Origin: an uncultured Candidatus Saccharibacteria bacterium
Lineage (GTDB): Bacteria; Patescibacteriota; Minisyncoccia; UBA6257; Colwellbacteraceae
Assembly: GCA_964360065.1 (NCBI GenBank)
Contig: CAYHTW010000001.1
Span: 86,289-150,288, forward strand
Reading direction: 5' to 3'
Length of the DNA: 64,000 nt
Shown: positions 20,877 through 29,526 of the stretch, in pieces
Layout of the letters: the number at the start of each line of letters is the position of its first letter
How positions within the stretch are numbered: the stretch's first letter is position 1
Translations under genes and position numbers: made by a program
The notes under the pieces: generated by a model
What the model was told of the DNA's origin: nothing
Seen by the model: only the letters and a program-made list of their open reading frames with translations
Databases searched by the model: none

Positions 20877-21968
20877 TTACATAAATTGCCTGATGCCCAA
20901 GCCCAAGGCTACGGAGAAAGGCGGACCTATTTCCTTAATAAGCGGCGCCACTTCAGGCGGATAGGTGATTTTAGCGAAAGGATCGGCTTTGACTGCCGGA
21001 ATACCGAACTGGTCGGAAACATATTTCTCCAAACCAAGCAGGTTAGCTCCCCCGCCGGACAAGATAATGCGCTCTATCTTGCTCTTATAGTTCTTTTCGT
21101 AAGTATCTTTGGCCCTTTTCGCCTCTCCAAGTATAACATCCAATAGAGGCATCATTAAAGTGGAGAGTTCGTATTCACCACCCGTTCCCAAAAGTCCTTT
21201 CTGTTTTTTGAGTTCTTCGGCGCGTTTGATGTTGATGCCAAGGCTAGACGAAACAGCTTGAGTCAGAGATCCGCCTCCCCAATCTGTTTGCACGCTGTAT
21301 TTCAAAAGGCCTTTTTCGGCCACAAGCAGAGCCGTAGAGCGCGAACCGATATCAACTATCAAGGTGGTGGTGGGGTCGCCTGCTGTTAATACTCTTGCTA
21401 AACTTACGCCTTCTATTTCCAGGGCCTTCAAATTTAATCCGGCTGATTTAAAAATACGCTGGTACTTTCTGACTTGTTCGTTGGGCACCGAAACAAGGAA
21501 TACTTGCTGATGTTTAATCCCCTTCTCGTCTTCGTACTCGCCAACGGGAAGCCAATCAATGCTTACTTCCGAAATCGGCAACGGCACGAAAGCTTTTGCC
21601 TGGTATTCCATCGCCTGGGCAGTTTCTTGTGGAGACATGACGGGTACGTCCAGTAGCGCCGTGAAAGCGGAAAAAGTCGGCAGAGAAGCTATCACATCCG
21701 TTGTTTTTATTTTTAGATTTCTAAGCAGTTGGTTCATCAGCTCACCCGTTTCCTTGTCCAGCATTTTCAGGGTTGAGGTCTGGATAGCGTTATTAAGGCG
21801 CTCCAAGTGGCCGTAGGATTCCAAAACACCGTAGTTCCTAAGCGTGGGGTGTCCACCGCTTTCGGTCAGCTCAACAATCTTAATAGAAGTAGTGCCGATA
21901 TCCACACCTAAGTAAGTCTTCTTGCCCATGAGAGATCCAAGAGAACCGAAAGATTTCAAAAAATTCAT
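20877..21968 (-). CDS. pilM: Type IV pilus assembly protein PilM
   Basis: GVDIGTTSIK, VDIGSRST, LSGGGA, VALGLGIR (actin/FtsA-like fold). Confidence 0.93.
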   Translation of the reverse strand: MNFLKSFGSLGSLMGKKTYLGVDIGTTSIKIVELTESGGHPTLRNYGVLESYGHLERLNNAIQTSTLKMLDKETGELMNQLLRNLKIKTTDVIASLPTFSAFTALLDVPVMSPQETAQAMEYQAKAFVPLPISEVSIDWLPVGEYEDEKGIKHQQVFLVSVPNEQVRKYQRIFKSAGLNLKALEIEGVSLARVLTAGDPTTTLIVDIGSRSTALLVAEKGLLKYSVQTDWGGGSLTQAVSSSLGINIKRAEELKKQKGLLGTGGEYELSTLMMPLLDVILGEAKRAKDTYEKNYKSKIERIILSGGGANLLGLEKYVSDQFGIPAVKADPFAKITYPPEVAPLIKEIGPPFSVALGLGIRQFM

Positions 21969-21974
21969 CTTAGT

Positions 21975-22060
21975 TATATTATACCAGGTAGTAGAAATTC
22001 GGCTAATTTATATTTGTCGCAAAAAGCGACCAGCCGAATTTTCACTACCTGGTTATATCT
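21975..22060. promoter_or_regulatory. Symmetric divergent promoter/operator between pilM and comF
   Basis: 22-bp IR ACCAGGTAGTAGAAATTCGGCT (21983) / AGCCGAATTTTCACTACCTGGT (22032), 20/22; TATAAT abuts the pilM-side arm. Confidence 0.65.
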
Positions 22061-22064
22061 TAAA

Positions 22065-22745
22065 ATGAGCATCTTGAGAAAAAGTTGGGCTTTCGCGCTG
22101 GACATCTTCTTCCCTCCCCTCTGCCTAAATTGCCAAAACTATCTGGAGGAAAACGAAAAACCAGACTTGGTCTGCCGTGAATGTTTAGAGAAGATTGAGT
22201 TGAATAAGATCCTATTTCATCCTAATAATATTTCTGGTATTAACTTTTCACTGGCTGCTGCCGCTTCTTACAATGATAAAACCGTTAAGGAGCTAATCCA
22301 CCATCTCAAATACAATGGGCTAACGGGAGCGACTAAACCTCTGGGAGAGTTTATCTTGAAGTACTTAACCGACATTAACCTAAATAGGGCAGACTGGATT
22401 TTAGTTCCTATCCCCCTTCATTCATCAAAATACAGAAAGCGAGGCTTTAATCAGGCGGAGCTCATAATTGAAGAAGTAAACAAGAAGTTGAGGTTACAGA
22501 TTATTACCAAGGCACTAAAAAGAGTTAGAGAAACCGACCCGCAGATAACTTTTTCCGGAACGAAAAGGGAAGAAAATGTTAAAAATTGTTTCGGCCCAGG
22601 AGAAGAAATAAACCTGGTAAGAGATAAAAAAGTTATTTTAGTTGATGATGTCTACACTTCCGGCGCCACAATGAAAGAAGCGATAAAAGTTTTACGTAGG
22701 AATGGAGTTAAAGAAGTTATGGGGTTGGTAGTGGCGAAGGCGTAA
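22065..22745 (+). CDS. comF: ComF family competence protein (Zn ribbon + PRTase-like); ATG 22065 preferred over TTG 22014
   Basis: FPPLCLNC, CREC, PIPLH, RGFNQA, LVDDVYTSGAT. Confidence 0.93.
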   Translation: MSILRKSWAFALDIFFPPLCLNCQNYLEENEKPDLVCRECLEKIELNKILFHPNNISGINFSLAAAASYNDKTVKELIHHLKYNGLTGATKPLGEFILKYLTDINLNRADWILVPIPLHSSKYRKRGFNQAELIIEEVNKKLRLQIITKALKRVRETDPQITFSGTKREENVKNCFGPGEEINLVRDKKVILVDDVYTSGATMKEAIKVLRRNGVKEVMGLVVAKA

Positions 22746-22810
22746 AATAGAATTTTAAAAAAAGTGTACTTAATTTATGGAAGGATAATTTCTCCCTAAC
22801 GTAGATTAAT

Positions 22811-23476
22811 CTAACTTTTAGATTTTTCTGCTTTCAGTCTCTGCCTCAACTTTTTCTCCTTTTTGTAGACTTCAATAACTCCTTTAATCACTATCTGTTT
22901 TAATGGTTCATAGTCTCTATATTTATCTGCCCTACAAAGGGCTTCTAGGTATTTTTCTTTCATATCTCCCTCATATTTAACTTGGGATGGCTTGATGCCA
23001 TATCTCTGTAAGACAAGATTGGTCAGTAAACGAGCAGTTCTTCCATTACCTTGAGAAAAAGGATGTATTGAAACGAATTTATGTTGCGCCCAAACAGCTA
23101 ATTCTATAACATCTGACCACCATTTCTTATACTTAGTACTTTTAAAAGAGCTAAACCTAGGGCGAAGCTGTATTAAGGAACTTCTGTAATCGAAATCTCT
23201 CCAGAAGTTATAAATTTCTTCGTTCACTTTACTTCCCTCAGGAGGTTGAACGCACCTTAACTTTCGGACACCTTGGCCAGTTACTCTGAACTTACCAGCG
23301 ATTTGTGGTTCAGAATCCTTAAGGATCTCTGCGTGTATAGACCTTATGGTGTTAAGAGTTATTTTCTGCCGACTATCAGCTATACTTTTCACTAAGCCAA
23401 TAGCTCTCCAGAGACCAGCTACCTCTTTATCATCAAGTTCTCTTTTAGTTTTAGGACGAGAGAACTTCTTTGCCAT
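22811..23476 (-). CDS. Fic domain protein
   Basis: HPFSQGNGRTAR Fic motif. Confidence 0.9.
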   Translation of the reverse strand: MAKKFSRPKTKRELDDKEVAGLWRAIGLVKSIADSRQKITLNTIRSIHAEILKDSEPQIAGKFRVTGQGVRKLRCVQPPEGSKVNEEIYNFWRDFDYRSSLIQLRPRFSSFKSTKYKKWWSDVIELAVWAQHKFVSIHPFSQGNGRTARLLTNLVLQRYGIKPSQVKYEGDMKEKYLEALCRADKYRDYEPLKQIVIKGVIEVYKKEKKLRQRLKAEKSKS

Positions 23477-23690
23477 ACAAAGCTTTCTCTATCTGTTCAT
23501 TAGTTAGCTTGGTTCCTTCTATTTTAGAAGAATAGTAAAGATGCCCAATCGCAATATCTTGGTTAAATCTGGCCTGCTCTAAAGCAGATAGAGATGGTAA
23601 TTTACCAACCTCACACTCAAGATTAATGAGATGCTCTATCAAGGCCTCATTAGGGGAAACCTTATTTTTTGAAACCATTTTTTTCTTCAT
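23451..23690 (-). CDS. Small protein carrying the Fic inhibitory helix (antitoxin, or N-terminal half of a split Fic)
   Basis: YYSSKIEGT matches (S/T)xxxE(G/N); overlaps the Fic gene start. Confidence 0.7.
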   Translation of the reverse strand: MKKKMVSKNKVSPNEALIEHLINLECEVGKLPSLSALEQARFNQDIAIGHLYYSSKIEGTKLTNEQIEKALYGKEVLSS

Positions 23691-23845
23691 TTTCGAGGTC
23701 TTTTAAAGAGTTCATAGAACAATCGCTTGTTCTTGCTACAGTAACTATAGCGACTTAGCTTGCTATTGTAAAGTCTAGTAAATAGGCAAAAATAAAGCTC
23801 CTAATCCTCCCGCTTTTTTGAGAACCGACTTTTTAGCTCATCCAA

Positions 23846-23971
23846 AAAGGTAGAAAAGTTATTCTGGTTGATGACGTCTATACCTCGGGCGCCACGATGA
23901 GAGAAGCGGTAAAAGTTTTAAGGAAGAATGGAGTTAAAGAAGTTATGGGGTTGGTAGTGGCGAAGGTTTGA
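23846..23971 (+). pseudogene. Second, diverged copy of the comF 3' end
   Basis: KGRKVILVDDVYTSGATMREAVKVLRKNGVKEVMGLVVAKV*; 41 bp at 23926-23966 identical to 22700-22740. Confidence 0.88.
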
Positions 23972-23977
23972 GAAAGA

Positions 23978-24676
23978 TTACTCAATATTGTCTGACTTTT
24001 GAAGATTATGCTTCATACAAAGCAAACGAACATTTTTTGAAGACAAACTAGTCCCTCCTCTAGAAAATGGTAGGTCGTGGTCAAAGTGAAGATTCTTAGT
24101 CTCTCCACACTTAACACATTTGCCCTCATCTCTTTTCCAGACCTCTCTCTTAACTTCAGATGGGATTAACCGCGTGTACTCAATATGAACTTTTCTTGAG
24201 TCAAGATTTTCTTGCCGATCCGACAATCTTAAGATGAAACGAAATACATTTCGTTTACCATCGTGGACAATTTTGTAATCAATAAGATCAAAATATCCTT
24301 TCAAAGACCATACTCCAGGGAAAATTTTCTCATATACTTTAACTGGCTCTGCTGCATCAGTATTTTCTTTATAACTTTTAGCCGCCTTAATAAAATATCC
24401 ATTCTGAGTTAATTGTCCGCTAGGTAATTTATCTGGCTGGTCTTCTACTTTAGGGTTGTGATTATAAGCCCTCCTAGAAACATCGTGACCCTCGTACTCA
24501 ATAGTTAACCCATCTTCGTGAACTTTATCCTGATAGGGCGCGTTAGATCTCTGAGACATTAATATTACAGAGTAAGCCGGGTTCATTCTAAAGTTCATAC
24601 CACGCTGTAAAGTCTGAACATTCTCAGCGTCACACATTTCTCTATAACTTAATATATCGTTCTGAATTTTATTCAT
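23978..24676 (-). CDS. HNH endonuclease with N-terminal SRA/PUA-like domain (putative modification-dependent nuclease)
   Basis: CVKC...HFDH..P...GG....N..LLC..HN; N-terminal PY.D....DG..I.YEGHD. Confidence 0.75.
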   Translation of the reverse strand: MNKIQNDILSYREMCDAENVQTLQRGMNFRMNPAYSVILMSQRSNAPYQDKVHEDGLTIEYEGHDVSRRAYNHNPKVEDQPDKLPSGQLTQNGYFIKAAKSYKENTDAAEPVKVYEKIFPGVWSLKGYFDLIDYKIVHDGKRNVFRFILRLSDRQENLDSRKVHIEYTRLIPSEVKREVWKRDEGKCVKCGETKNLHFDHDLPFSRGGTSLSSKNVRLLCMKHNLQKSDNIE

Positions 24677-24691
24677 AAGTTAAAGTATTTA

Positions 24692-27001
24692 TTATTCACT
24701 ACCAGATTCAAGAACTTCTTGGACGACACCTTGTACGCTGTCTCCCTCCTCGGGCGTGATTGGCATGTGACTTTTGTTTGTGCTCTTCGGCAATAGAATT
24801 CTACGCCCATCTTTTTTGTCATACATCTTTATCGTTACATTATCGCCAAGTAGAGCGACAACCCTATTACCTGTGTCTGCCTTTAGTTGCTGGCGGCATA
24901 AAACAAGATCACCATCATTTATACCTGCTAGATTCATTGAGTCACCTTCAGCCCTAAGTACGAAATACTCGAAACCTGGCTTGATTTTCGTTTTCTCTAC
25001 TGAAATGTATTCCTCAATGTTTTCCTGTCCTAATAAAGGATTGCCGCAAGGAGCAGACCCAACGAGTGGTATACGAAGCATATTCAAAGTAATGGGAGAA
25101 AAGACCGGTGCAACAAATTTTTGATAACTCTCCCCCGTTTCAATTCTACTTTTGAAAAACTTTTCTGTCTCTTTATCTACAAAATACACATAGCACCCCT
25201 TCATTCCACGAGTAAGAAGAACGCGATAAGTATTTTTAAGAAGATCAACAAGTTTTTCTCCAGAGCGCTTCACGACACTATCTGCGGATTTTTCTCGTAA
25301 CGCAATCCATGTCTGATTTTCAAAGTTGTAAACAAGATCCGGACCGATAATGACTCCGACATAGTCAAATTCAAATCCTTGAATCGTATAAATACTGCCT
25401 ATCTGATTCACTCCATTTGGATCATTCGGCCACAGCGAGGCCGGCGGAATCCCTGGGGCGAGTTTATAACCGTCTTTGCCTTCCCAGGGCATTTGAAAAT
25501 TGCCGATTTTAACGTCATTTACTAGCGTCCCGTCTGGATTAGGGTTGCTCCATGGCCAGCAAAAACCTGAGACAAGCCGCGCAGAACCTTGTTTCTCATC
25601 GCTTTTTTGTTTTATCTTTACATATAGTTCTTGAGGAGAATCTACAATTTGAAAATCAAACTCTTCTTTCTGGTCCCAAATGACGTTCGCTGTACGTTTG
25701 ATGCCGAGTGTATTATTTACCCAGTTCACAAATGCATCTGACCCGCTACACCGAAATTGCGCTTCTAACTCATAATTATAAACCTCACATCCCAACTTTA
25801 TAGCGGTATCTTTGATAAATTCCGCGGACCCCGTTTCATTAGGACGAACGTTTTGATTGTCATCAATAAAAAACACCCCAATTTTTGATGCCTTTATAAG
25901 CTCCTCAATTTGAGGGGTGTCTGATCGCATTTCTTTTTTTGTAAACCGGTTATTACTCGTCTCTCTTATTCGATGAGCTTCATCAGCAATAAGAACATCT
26001 AGAATATTCTTCTTAGAATTCATATAACTATTAAAATACTTAAATTGAACAGCTCCGCGAACACCAATCTTTTTCCTTAACGTCTCGGTAAATGCTTTCG
26101 ACCCCGTAGCATAGTTAGTGTCATATCCTGCACGCAGCAAATCCGCCATCAGATTAATAGCAATCACCGATTTTCCAGTGCCAGGACCACCACTAATAAT
26201 TACAACTGACTTTTTGTCTTTACCAAGCCCTTGTTTAACAAGGGAAATAACCTTGTCATATACAATAAGCTGTTCATCGAGAAGCACATACTCACTCCTA
26301 TTTTTTATCATCATACTCACATGGTCCATGAGTTTTTTACTCACTTTGTATTCCGTTTTCTCCACTCGTTCGAGTATTGGCAACCCACCTCCCGCTGAAA
26401 GTCTGTCTTTAAGGTATTCACTAAAAATATCTACACCATCCGCGCAAAAAATTGGATTATTTTTTATTTTTTCTGTAAATTTCATTGCTAGAAGCTCATC
26501 ATCCTTTGTAGGAGAATAATTATGAAGATAAGAAGCTGCGTCTAATTTGATAGAGCCTTCACCGTCAAATGCTGGGTGAAGATCTTGTAAATACATCTTA
26601 TATTGCCCGACTTGAACGGATGGATGAAGAACTTCTCTCTTCGCTCCTCCGACCCATGTAGCTACTTCATTCTCTCCATCTGATGCCTCACACTTCTCCC
26701 ATTGTTTAAGCTCAATAATAACTGCCCTATCACTTCCTGATTGATCTCTGCCAGTTATCATACAATCGAGACGCTTGGATGTTTGAGGAAGTTGATATTC
26801 AAGAATCACTCCGTGATCATCCAACCCCGAGTAATCGAACACTTGGGAGACAGCACGAAGAGAATTTCTCCACGACTGCACCTCGTTTGGGGAAGGATAA
26901 TACCTAAAGTACTGGAAGAAAGATTCTCTAAGTTTGTCTCCTATTTCGTTATGAACGGTGTCGTTTAAAAACTGAACGGATGAGCCCGAATAGAGTCTCA
27001 T
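24692..27001 (-). CDS. PD-(D/E)XK-like nuclease + DUF2075 (Schlafen-type) helicase + C-terminal S24 LexA-like peptidase fusion
   Basis: RLD...IIELKQW; GGPGTGKS; DEAHR; QFRC.G; TIQGFEFDY; YRVLLTRG; IPLVGSAPCG, GDSM, VTIK. Confidence 0.85.
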   Translation of the reverse strand: MRLYSGSSVQFLNDTVHNEIGDKLRESFFQYFRYYPSPNEVQSWRNSLRAVSQVFDYSGLDDHGVILEYQLPQTSKRLDCMITGRDQSGSDRAVIIELKQWEKCEASDGENEVATWVGGAKREVLHPSVQVGQYKMYLQDLHPAFDGEGSIKLDAASYLHNYSPTKDDELLAMKFTEKIKNNPIFCADGVDIFSEYLKDRLSAGGGLPILERVEKTEYKVSKKLMDHVSMMIKNRSEYVLLDEQLIVYDKVISLVKQGLGKDKKSVVIISGGPGTGKSVIAINLMADLLRAGYDTNYATGSKAFTETLRKKIGVRGAVQFKYFNSYMNSKKNILDVLIADEAHRIRETSNNRFTKKEMRSDTPQIEELIKASKIGVFFIDDNQNVRPNETGSAEFIKDTAIKLGCEVYNYELEAQFRCSGSDAFVNWVNNTLGIKRTANVIWDQKEEFDFQIVDSPQELYVKIKQKSDEKQGSARLVSGFCWPWSNPNPDGTLVNDVKIGNFQMPWEGKDGYKLAPGIPPASLWPNDPNGVNQIGSIYTIQGFEFDYVGVIIGPDLVYNFENQTWIALREKSADSVVKRSGEKLVDLLKNTYRVLLTRGMKGCYVYFVDKETEKFFKSRIETGESYQKFVAPVFSPITLNMLRIPLVGSAPCGNPLLGQENIEEYISVEKTKIKPGFEYFVLRAEGDSMNLAGINDGDLVLCRQQLKADTGNRVVALLGDNVTIKMYDKKDGRRILLPKSTNKSHMPITPEEGDSVQGVVQEVLESGSE

Positions 27002-27003
27002 AA

Positions 27004-27351
27004 TTAGAGTTTATTATATTTCGTATGTTTCCCTTTGGCTTTTTCAACTGGATACTTATCTTCATTCTTTTTAATTTTTTTATCCAGCGCATCCAAGACA
27101 TTAATATCCAAGTCGTGACTCATAAGTAAAACCCAATACAAAACATCCGCTAGTTCTTCTCCAATTTCATCTTTATGGGTCCTAACATACTCTTCTATCT
27201 CCTCCTTACTCTTCCATTGGAAATGTTCCATTACTTCTCCAGCTTCGAGCACTAGTGACAACGCAACATCCTTAGGATTATGGAATTGTTTCCAATCCCG
27301 CGCATCTCGGAAAGCAATTATTCTTTTAAGTAGATCATTAATTTTTGGCAT
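27004..27351 (-). CDS. MazG-like nucleotide pyrophosphohydrolase (dCTP pyrophosphatase type)
   Basis: RDWKQFHNPKD, EAGEVME, EELADV, KNEDKYPV. Confidence 0.9.
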   Translation of the reverse strand: MPKINDLLKRIIAFRDARDWKQFHNPKDVALSLVLEAGEVMEHFQWKSKEEIEEYVRTHKDEIGEELADVLYWVLLMSHDLDINVLDALDKKIKKNEDKYPVEKAKGKHTKYNKL

Positions 27352-27438
27352 TTAATTGAACTAATTATGCCCCACTAAATAAGAATAGAGAAGGCTTAGT
27401 CCTAATATAGAGGCAGCTTTAGTGTTTTTGTATTGGAT

Positions 27439-27963
27439 CTAGCCAAGATCCGTGAATCCGAGAGCTTCAAAAAGCTCAATAATAACTCTTTCTCCGCCAA
27501 CTTGCGTATGTATATTTGCGATGCCAAAGTGATCACAGACATTCGGTATTTTATCTTTCAAACGATTAGCTTGTAGAGGAAGCTGATGTGGTTTTTCACA
27601 AGTCACAATAACTGACACTTCCAATAAAGCGTCCGCAATAAGATATGGATCTGCTTGTTCATATTCGCTATCAGGATCTATAATCTTTGGAAAAGCTATA
27701 ACAACTTCAGCAGCTTTACTTTCCACGATAGTACCGGAAACTTTTACAATTTTCTTTTTTATGCTTTTAATCCAATTATGAGTGAAATCGTCTTTTCTAC
27801 TGAGTTCATTGTAAACTTTATCAAGAACAAATAACTTTCCTTCCTCTGCCGCACGCTCAATCTTTTCCCATACTTTCGGGAAGAGGTGGATAGGATAAGT
27901 CTTGCTGATTTGAAGCATCGCACTCGTATCGAGAGAGTATTTTTTACTTTCTGTTTGGCTCAT
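27439..27963 (-). CDS. PIN-like domain protein (DUF4411-like)
   Basis: YSLDTS, V..EL, ADPYLIA, IVTCE, KIPNVC. Confidence 0.8.
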   Translation of the reverse strand: MSQTESKKYSLDTSAMLQISKTYPIHLFPKVWEKIERAAEEGKLFVLDKVYNELSRKDDFTHNWIKSIKKKIVKVSGTIVESKAAEVVIAFPKIIDPDSEYEQADPYLIADALLEVSVIVTCEKPHQLPLQANRLKDKIPNVCDHFGIANIHTQVGGERVIIELFEALGFTDLG

Positions 27964-29198
27964 TGTTGATGAGATGGAGGCTTTATTTGCGCATAGTGCT
28001 GATTTGTTTTATCGATAACTTTCTCTAAACCAGCAAGTTTAACGTTAAGAAAAGTCACTAGCTCGTTGGTGGATATGACTCCTTTTGCGGCAGCGGCGAA
28101 AGCTTTCTGACTTAAGTCGTAACTACTACTTTTAACTATGTCTCGGTAGTAGTCGGGAACAAATTTTTGTCCTTTTTCTTCCGCTTTTTTCCTTTTTCTT
28201 AGTTCTTCTCGCTCATACCATTTCTGCAACTCTACCCTCTTCATTTCATACTCTCTTTCGGACATATAGCCATGATTAACAAATTTTCTATAAATCACTT
28301 CACCACTGACCTTATATAGGTAAACAAGATTAGTTACTAATCTATCATCTTTAGTAACAAGATATTTTTTGACATATTCATTACCCAAAAAATCTTCGTT
28401 CGGTACTAAGAAAGATCCAGCAAATTCATTTGCTTTTATTTCAATTAACTTATGAGCAAGCTTTTCTCCTTTAGAAAATACTAAAGAATCTATGTCTTTT
28501 TGTGACAAAAGTAAGTGATAAAACTCATGAAATAGAGTAAAAATCCTTCCTCGAATAGCATCCCCCGCATTTAGAACGATAACCGGAGGAAGGCTGTCTT
28601 CTCTTAAGCAAAATCCCCTAATCTCTTGTTTGGGAAATGGAAGCTGAAAAACAGGTATTCCGCTGCCTTCAATAATATCAATCCATCTATTAAAGGCGAA
28701 TCCTTCACTCTTCCATCCCTTTTGTTCTTCAATGCTTATATTAAGATATTTTCTAAACTCGCCTGCTAGTTCGGTTGGATTGGAATTAAAACTTATTGGT
28801 TTTAACTTAACAAACTCGCTCTTTGTGACTTCGAGAAGATAGGCATAAAACTTCCTATTCCTTTGAGCTTTCCTGATAGCTAATCTAACCTTTGGGGAGA
28901 GTGTCTCGACATTGACGCTATCGAGGGTTCTAAAATCCCTTGGGATAGGATTTATGGTTGGTGGGTTATTAAGAAAAAAGAAGCTTAACGTCCTCTTTTC
29001 TGTTTTAGCTAGCTTCTTAAGATCACTGATTTTTACTTCTGAATCTACGTCTTCCCATTTTCTAAGTTCTTCGATATCAATTTTGGATTTCTCACTCACG
29101 GCTTCGATAGAAAGACCAATAGACTCTCTGGCCCATTTCATGATGGCTTTCTTTACTACAATTTTATTTTTTGGTTTTTCTTTTTTGAGACTTATCAT
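27960..29198 (-). CDS. XRE HTH + ImmA/IrrE zinc metallopeptidase
   Basis: N-terminal KWARESIGLS HTH; RDFR; FTLFHEFYH; E..ANEFAG.FL.P. Confidence 0.9.
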   Translation of the reverse strand: MISLKKEKPKNKIVVKKAIMKWARESIGLSIEAVSEKSKIDIEELRKWEDVDSEVKISDLKKLAKTEKRTLSFFFLNNPPTINPIPRDFRTLDSVNVETLSPKVRLAIRKAQRNRKFYAYLLEVTKSEFVKLKPISFNSNPTELAGEFRKYLNISIEEQKGWKSEGFAFNRWIDIIEGSGIPVFQLPFPKQEIRGFCLREDSLPPVIVLNAGDAIRGRIFTLFHEFYHLLLSQKDIDSLVFSKGEKLAHKLIEIKANEFAGSFLVPNEDFLGNEYVKKYLVTKDDRLVTNLVYLYKVSGEVIYRKFVNHGYMSEREYEMKRVELQKWYEREELRKRKKAEEKGQKFVPDYYRDIVKSSSYDLSQKAFAAAAKGVISTNELVTFLNVKLAGLEKVIDKTNQHYAQIKPPSHQQ

Positions 29199-29252
29199 AA
29201 ATTATTTCCAAAAAGAATTAATTAAAACTCTTAAATGCTCTCATTTTTGCAT

Positions 29253-29342
29253 TGGCGGAAGCGGGAGGATTTGAACCTCCGATACCCTTTCGGGTATACC
29301 ACATTTCGAGTGTGGCGCCTTCAACCACTCAGCCACGCTTCC
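29253..29342 (-). tRNA. tRNA-Ser(CGA)
   Basis: GGAAGCG acceptor, CCACA-CTCGAAA-TGTGG anticodon arm, long variable arm, encoded CCA. Confidence 0.96.
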
Positions 29343-29362
29343 TTATTCTATTGTAATGGACT

Positions 29363-29409
29363 CCTTCAACCCCTGCCTGCCGGCAGGCAGGACTCAGCCA
29401 CGCTTCCTT
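29363..29409 (-). repeat. Duplicate of the tRNA-Ser 5' end interrupted by a perfect 20-bp palindrome
   Basis: CCTTCAACC[CCTGCCTGCCGGCAGGCAGG]ACTCAGCCACGCTTCCTT versus CCTTCAACCACTCAGCCACGCTTCCTT at 29318. Confidence 0.9.
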
Positions 29410-29479
29410 TTGGGTTTGTTAGAGCTTAGCCCGAAGGCTGGATAATCTCAAGATTAGCAATAAGGTGTCTGAATAATTT

Positions 29480-29517
29480 CAGTATACTATAGTACTGATC
29501 AGCACTATAGTATACTG
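29480..29517. repeat. 38-bp near-perfect palindrome
   Basis: CAGTATACTATAGTACTGATCAGCACTATAGTATACTG (one mismatched pair). Confidence 0.85.
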
Positions 29518-29526
29518 GTTGTAATT

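Noticed and set aside
29235-29429. 64-aa ORF containing LPAGRQ
   Set aside because: It is an antisense reading of tRNA-Ser and the palindrome.
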